A DNA stretch of 63,393 bases, the filler included. It is 3 parts of 3 records of this genome, joined end to end, with 100 filler letters (N's around TTAATTAATTAA, not from the genome) between each part and the next. Parts side by side here need not be neighbours in the genome. Positions count along the whole stretch, not along the records: positions 55,095 to 63,393 come from SRR31156797_339; 2 more parts are not named here. One strand, written 5' to 3'. Numbering within the stretch: position 1 is the first letter of the stretch; each line of letters opens with the position of its first letter. Position numbers and translations under genes: made by a program. Below the pieces are notes generated by a model. It did not search any database and was not told where the DNA came from. It saw nothing but the letters and a program-made list of their open reading frames with translations. Shown one piece after another: positions 59,071-63,393 of the stretch.

Positions 59071-60229
59071 TGCAGACCTTAAACGTTTAAGAGACGAAGG
59101 TTATAACATTGTAGTGAGTGGTGGGTATTTATTTACCCACCACATACCTTATGTAAATTCTATCAAAAAAATTAAGTTTGGAACCTTAATTTCTGCACTA
59201 AATATGAGTGGCGAAAAAACTGCTAAGCCTAATACTCATGTTATGATGTTTAGCGGAGAATTTCCATGCAACAATCTTGGAGTCCCTATGAACGAGATAA
59301 AACATCCATCGCCGAACATCAATAAAGGCTTTGAGAATGGCATTATTGCAAAACATCAATTCTCAAATAAACCGAGAAACGGCTACTCCGATTTTTACGA
59401 GAAGGTAAAAAGGTACGCTGATATTGTTTCCTCACCGGCAAAATCTATCGACGATTCAGTTACGGAGAAACCATTTCTACCAATAGAAGACAAAGAGGAA
59501 AACAGCATATTTAATTACCTAGACACAAATTCTAGCAGGGCGAATATTGATTTTATAAATAATAAGCTTCGCTCTCAGAAAATTTGTATCGTTGGTTTGG
59601 GTGGAACCGGAGCCTATATTTTGGATATGGTTGCTAAAACTCACGTTAATGAAATTCATATTTATGATGGTGATGTCTTTCTAAATCATAATGCGTTTCG
59701 TTCACCAGGTGCTGCAACTATAACCGAACTTGAAGAACAAATTAGTAAAGTCGATTATTATCAGAAAAAGTATTCGGAGATGCGTAAAGGTATAGTTGCC
59801 CATAATTACTACGTTTTCGAATCCAACTTTAGCGAGTTCTTAAAGTTTGACTTTGTGTTTATTTGCATCGATAATAATCAGATTCGAAAAGCTTTTATTA
59901 GCTTTCTTGTAAAAGAAGGAATCCCTTTTGTTGATGTAGGTTTAGGTGTAAATGTTGTAAATGATTCGTTGATTGGACAAATTAGAGTTACATCGGCCAA
60001 TAAAAACAATAATAGCCACCTGGACAAATATATTCCTGATGGTGATGACACGGATAACGACTATGTAACCAACATTCAAATAGCTGAACTAAACCTGTTA
60101 AATGCAGGTTTTGCAGTGCTTAAATGGAAAAAGATGTTCGGTTTCTATCAAGACCTTGAAACTGAATTTCACTCAACTTACTCAATCAATAATTCTTTTT
60201 TGAATAATGAAGCAAGAAGTGAAATTTAA
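59045..60229 (+). CDS. N-terminal DUF6791/E2-like domain fused to ThiF/E1 adenylyltransferase
   Basis: DLKRLRDEGY, IPYVN, FSNKP in the N-terminal domain; IVGLGGTGAY, YDGDVFLNHNAFRS, FICID in the E1 domain; 26-nt overlap with the Ubl. Confidence 0.85.
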   Translation: MSQLLISRNADLKRLRDEGYNIVVSGGYLFTHHIPYVNSIKKIKFGTLISALNMSGEKTAKPNTHVMMFSGEFPCNNLGVPMNEIKHPSPNINKGFENGIIAKHQFSNKPRNGYSDFYEKVKRYADIVSSPAKSIDDSVTEKPFLPIEDKEENSIFNYLDTNSSRANIDFINNKLRSQKICIVGLGGTGAYILDMVAKTHVNEIHIYDGDVFLNHNAFRSPGAATITELEEQISKVDYYQKKYSEMRKGIVAHNYYVFESNFSEFLKFDFVFICIDNNQIRKAFISFLVKEGIPFVDVGLGVNVVNDSLIGQIRVTSANKNNNSHLDKYIPDGDDTDNDYVTNIQIAELNLLNAGFAVLKWKKMFGFYQDLETEFHSTYSINNSFLNNEARSEI

Positions 60230-60614
60230 GTTTGTTAAATCAGTTCCTGATTCTCTGGAATCGGGAACTGTTTACATTTCGACTCATTACAACACAGCTA
60301 TACATAATTGCATGTGTGGCTGTGGTAATGAAGTTGTGACTCCATTATCGCCAAAGGATTGGCGTTTCTGCTATGACGGAGAGAATATCTCTTTAAGTCC
60401 ATCCATTGGAAATTGGAGTTTTGAATGTCAGTCACACTACTGGATTGAGTCCGGGGAAGTGGTTTGGGCTCAAAGTTGGTCTAAACACAGAATCAAAAAA
60501 AATAGAAAGGCTGATGCCTTAAACAGAAAAATCAACAATCAGATATCCGGAAAGTCCAAAAGATGGAAATCAATTTTGTATCGACTATTTAGTTTTTTAA
60601 ACATTAAATTTTAA
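60207..60614 (+). CDS. DUF6527-like Zn-binding protein
   Basis: AIHNCMCGCGNEVVTPL..W..SLSPSIGNW..CQSHYWI; 23-nt overlap with the E1 gene. Confidence 0.82.
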   Translation: MKQEVKFKFVKSVPDSLESGTVYISTHYNTAIHNCMCGCGNEVVTPLSPKDWRFCYDGENISLSPSIGNWSFECQSHYWIESGEVVWAQSWSKHRIKKNRKADALNRKINNQISGKSKRWKSILYRLFSFLNIKF

Positions 60615-60618
60615 AACA

Positions 60619-60867
60619 ATGGGTTATCAACATAAAAAAGAACAGGTTTGGGATAAAGGTCAAAAAATGAGAGGGAAAGACCCTGACCTTTACCGGAAAG
60701 ATAAAATGGGTAATGTTATGTACAAACCTTCATATGGGAAATCAAGTCAAATGGGTTGGGAGATTGACCACAGCAAGCCACAGTCCAAAGAAGGAACTGA
60801 CCATTTGAATAATTTACAACCGATGAACACTTCTGCAAATAGAAGTAAAGGAGATAAAAGGTTATAG
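60619..60867 (+). CDS. Minimal HNH endonuclease
   Basis: GWEIDHSKPQSKEGTDHLNNLQPMNTSANRSKGD; ATG 4 nt after the upstream stop. Confidence 0.88.
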   Translation: MGYQHKKEQVWDKGQKMRGKDPDLYRKDKMGNVMYKPSYGKSSQMGWEIDHSKPQSKEGTDHLNNLQPMNTSANRSKGDKRL

Positions 60868-60876
60868 CTAGGATAT

Positions 60877-60911
60877 TCTTGTCGCAAATTTAGTAAACAT
60901 TTGCGACAAGA
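60877..60911. terminator. 13-bp perfect hairpin closing the Ubl-HNH operon
   Basis: TCTTGTCGCAAAT...ATTTGCGACAAGA; no strong U tract. A second hairpin lies at 60928-60948. Confidence 0.55.
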
Positions 60912-61305
60912 CTTGTATCTCTATGTCCTGCAATGCACTGTATTGCAGTATGTTGTAAAAATTAAATCAGCGAGCCCCCTCTAGCAAAAAACATTTTCAT
61001 AGCTATTCAATGGCACTGGGGCACAAACCCTACCACAAAATAACTACATTTCCGAAAGACAAGCTCTGAGGGTTTTCAAAAGCTTTGGCATAAATCATTC
61101 ATTCCAAAATCGGAAGAGTTAATTCCGACCAACACACAATGCCAATTTCAAAAAGACTTAACCTCGTATAATTCGGTCAAAACTTTATGAAATCTCACAT
61201 TAACACTTCCGCTTTTTCCATTCATTTTTTATTCCTTTTCCTTTTGAAAATCTTTCGGAAATGTTGCCGGAGATGTTTACGGATTTGAACTGAGAATGGA
61301 TGTGG

Positions 61306-62073
61306 TTAATCTAAAGAGAAGATTGTTTTAATTTGCTGGAACACAGAAATTGCATCTATAGCCCCTAAGCCCATTTGTTTAAAGATTGCTTTGTCAGGTA
61401 ATTCTTCGGAAATTGAATTAACGAAAGCTTTAAGGTCATTTTTTATTCCAGCCGGTAATTCAACCTTATGCCCTGCTGGTAATAATACTGCCAATCGAAA
61501 TATATCTGTTTTATGTTTTTTGATGTTCCTACCATCAATATTTTCACCCTCCAGTTTTCGTTGTGTTAAATCCAGAAATGCTTTTGCTTTTAAACAAATT
61601 AATGCTTCTTCGGCCGCAAAGTGAGCACCCTCTTCCGTCTTGCTATTGGCTATGGTGAATTTATAATATTCCTTGTCCATCAATATTGCTGAAAGACTTG
61701 ACAAATCATCATCGACAGGAATAGGTGTTAAGTGAGGTTCTCCTTCCAGGTCCATTAAATCGGGAATCGTTGAGAAGAGTTCAATTTGAAGAGGAAAACC
61801 ATTGGTTTTTGGTTTTATAAAACGATAATATTTTCTTTCATCTTCGCTTTTTTCCCGTCTTTGATAGTCTCCATCATTAATGAACTCCCAGAACTTTTGA
61901 ACAAATTCCTTGGTTAAAGCTTCAACTATTAAAATTATATCGATGTCTTTAGTTGCCCTGGCTTCAAACCCAGCATCGTCAATTATAACATCACATGCCG
62001 TACCTCCGATGATTATGTAATTCTCGGAATAGTTTTTAAAATATTCTTTAAATTTTTCCAGCCCTCTAACCAT
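61306..62073 (-). CDS. AbiEii-like (Pol-beta superfamily) nucleotidyltransferase, putative toxin
   Basis: IIIGGTAC, RATKDIDII, ICLKAKA, KKHKTDIFRL; 8-nt overlap with the upstream gene. Confidence 0.75.
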   Translation of the reverse strand: MVRGLEKFKEYFKNYSENYIIIGGTACDVIIDDAGFEARATKDIDIILIVEALTKEFVQKFWEFINDGDYQRREKSEDERKYYRFIKPKTNGFPLQIELFSTIPDLMDLEGEPHLTPIPVDDDLSSLSAILMDKEYYKFTIANSKTEEGAHFAAEEALICLKAKAFLDLTQRKLEGENIDGRNIKKHKTDIFRLAVLLPAGHKVELPAGIKNDLKAFVNSISEELPDKAIFKQMGLGAIDAISVFQQIKTIFSLD

Positions 62074-63070
62074 AGATATATTTCTCTTTTATTTGTTCCA
62101 ATGCCATTTCAATCCTTTCGTCCGATGTGTTTTTCAAAGTTAAATACAAAGATAAGGGGTCAGCTATAAACTCAGTAGAAATTGTTAAGAGCCCTGGATT
62201 ATATTTCCAAACCTCTAAGCAATAGTTTCCTTCTGTAGGATTTGCATTTAGAAACAAGTTTTGTTTGTTTAATCGATTGTATTCTGTTCTTCCTATAGCC
62301 ACATAGTTTTGTCGGCTCGGATTCATATCTGAGTATTCTGGTAATGCAGATGTATTGCAGTCCCATATTTTTATCCCAGCAGGAAGTTCGTCGATATAAA
62401 CACGTTTAAATACCGGATAATTCCAGAAATCGTTTTCCTCAATTTTTTCCCAAAGCTTTACCTCTTCGTAACTGAATTGAATGTATTTTTCTTTTTCACC
62501 AGCAATTGTAATTAAGCCAAGTACCTGAAGATTGTCGACAGCTTTGCTAATTGCCATTGGAGAATAATCCAACTTTAAAGCTATTTCTTTAAACGGCTTC
62601 TGCTCCATATCCCATAACTCACTTAATCCTAAAATCTGGTATAGTACTATAACTTGTGCCGATGGTATTAATTTCTGTTTTTCTTTAATTGAACTTTTTA
62701 TTGTATTCCCGCCTTTTAGGTCTATCAACATTTCTGGAAGAAAAAGTTGCTTCCCTGGTACAATAAAATTCACTTTCTTTTTTGTCAGCCTGATACGGTT
62801 ATATGACACCACGTGGTCGAGTATAAGAACTACGGTTTTATTGAATAGTTTCTTTAGATTGCTTAACTGTTTCTCGGTCTGGGCAATTGATATATTATCT
62901 TCATCGACAAGTTGCACCAATACCAATTCTGCACCTAAAAGTCTGGTTGTGTAAATTTTATACAATTGTTTTACATACATCGGAAGTTTTGATACCTTGT
63001 GTTCAGGTAATCGGTTCACAACAATTATTTCGCCGAGTACTTCCTTTATATATTCCTGAAGACTTTTCAT
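62066..63070 (-). CDS. AbiEi-like winged-helix regulator/antitoxin
   Basis: FIVPGKQLFLP, EIALKLDYSPMAISKAVDNL (wHTH), SALPEYSDM, DPLSLYL, DERIEMA. The ATG at 63070 is preferred. Confidence 0.7.
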   Translation of the reverse strand: MKSLQEYIKEVLGEIIVVNRLPEHKVSKLPMYVKQLYKIYTTRLLGAELVLVQLVDEDNISIAQTEKQLSNLKKLFNKTVVLILDHVVSYNRIRLTKKKVNFIVPGKQLFLPEMLIDLKGGNTIKSSIKEKQKLIPSAQVIVLYQILGLSELWDMEQKPFKEIALKLDYSPMAISKAVDNLQVLGLITIAGEKEKYIQFSYEEVKLWEKIEENDFWNYPVFKRVYIDELPAGIKIWDCNTSALPEYSDMNPSRQNYVAIGRTEYNRLNKQNLFLNANPTEGNYCLEVWKYNPGLLTISTEFIADPLSLYLTLKNTSDERIEMALEQIKEKYIYG

Positions 63071-63072
63071 AG

Positions 63073-63127
63073 TAAACTTAATTTTGCACAATAAACCGAC
63101 TAAGTATATTGTGCAAATATAGGTTTA
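63073..63127 (-). promoter_or_regulatory. Long inverted repeat overlapping the -7 box of the TA operon
   Basis: Perfect core TTTGCACAATA (63083-63093) / TATTGTGCAAA (63107-63117), extending to 18/21-bp arms; TATATTTG on the minus strand at 63121-63114. Confidence 0.7.
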
Positions 63128-63139
63128 TTATATTAATAA

Positions 63140-63391
63140 TCAAACAACAATGCATTTGTAGGTTAAAAAGCCGACATGCTCATTAAACTCAACATATCCA
63201 AGCTGGCAGGTAAGCAATTTTGATTTTCCAATCGTAAAATCAGAACCATTCTGATGATGGTGACCAAATATCCAGAAATCAATATCTGAATCCATTATTA
63301 AATCATGTAACTCAACAGCGAAAGCCGCATTTAAGCTACTACCTTTATATTTTTTGGGATAACTCAGCATTGTTGGAACATGATGGGTTAC
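63140..63391 (-). CDS. Calcineurin-like metallophosphoesterase, C-terminal part (5' end beyond the window)
   Basis: The frame stays open to the window end: VTHHVPT...WIFGHHH...QLGY. Confidence 0.82.
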   Translation of the reverse strand, partial: VTHHVPTMLSYPKKYKGSSLNAAFAVELHDLIMDSDIDFWIFGHHHQNGSDFTIGKSKLLTCQLGYVEFNEHVGFLTYKCIVV

Positions 63392-63393
63392 CA

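Noticed and set aside
59045-60229. Housekeeping ThiF/MoeB or CBASS Cap2
   Set aside because: There are no cofactor-biosynthesis genes, no GG-ending sulfur carrier, no CD-NTase and no JAB gene nearby.
1-63393. tRNA, rRNA, transposase or integrase genes
   Set aside because: None were recognised by eye. A tRNAscan/Rfam/ISfinder run would be needed to exclude degenerate copies.

Overview
This window is Bacteroidota DNA (SusC/SusD, HTCS, T9SS cargo and TAnnTTTG promoters; it looks like marine Marinilabiliales/Prolixibacteraceae). It consists of three contigs joined by artificial 100-nt linkers (N44-TTAATTAATTAA-N44 at 27606-27705 and 54995-55094), so gene adjacency across the linkers means nothing. 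Contig 1 (1-27605) carries a GluR0-like K+ channel missed by the ORF track, translationally coupled to a kinase-less beta-propeller/GAF sensor. It also has housekeeping genes, an AraC-linked beta-mannan operon (CE6-like esterase, GH130, 2-epimerase, symporter, GH26) and SusC/SusD. Contig 2 (27706-54994) carries LytS/LytTR, a run of co-oriented accessory genes, a SusCD-less HTCS/GH115/GH43/GH2 cluster with two T9SS-secreted enzymes, and a COG0523 GTPase with a Zur-like box. Contig 3 (55095-63393) looks like the cargo region of a mobilisable element and a defence island. It holds a relaxase tail, an uncharacterised papain-like Cys-protease plus 65-aa partner, and an XRE-HTH plus IrrE/ImmA protease (CapH/CapP-like) divergent from a bacterial ubiquitination-like operon (Ubl, E2-like/ThiF E1, DUF6527-like) with an added HNH nuclease. 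A candidate antisense sRNA lies in that operon's leader. The contig ends with an AbiE-like type IV TA pair and a metallophosphoesterase. All family assignments come from motif recognition by eye; no searches were run.
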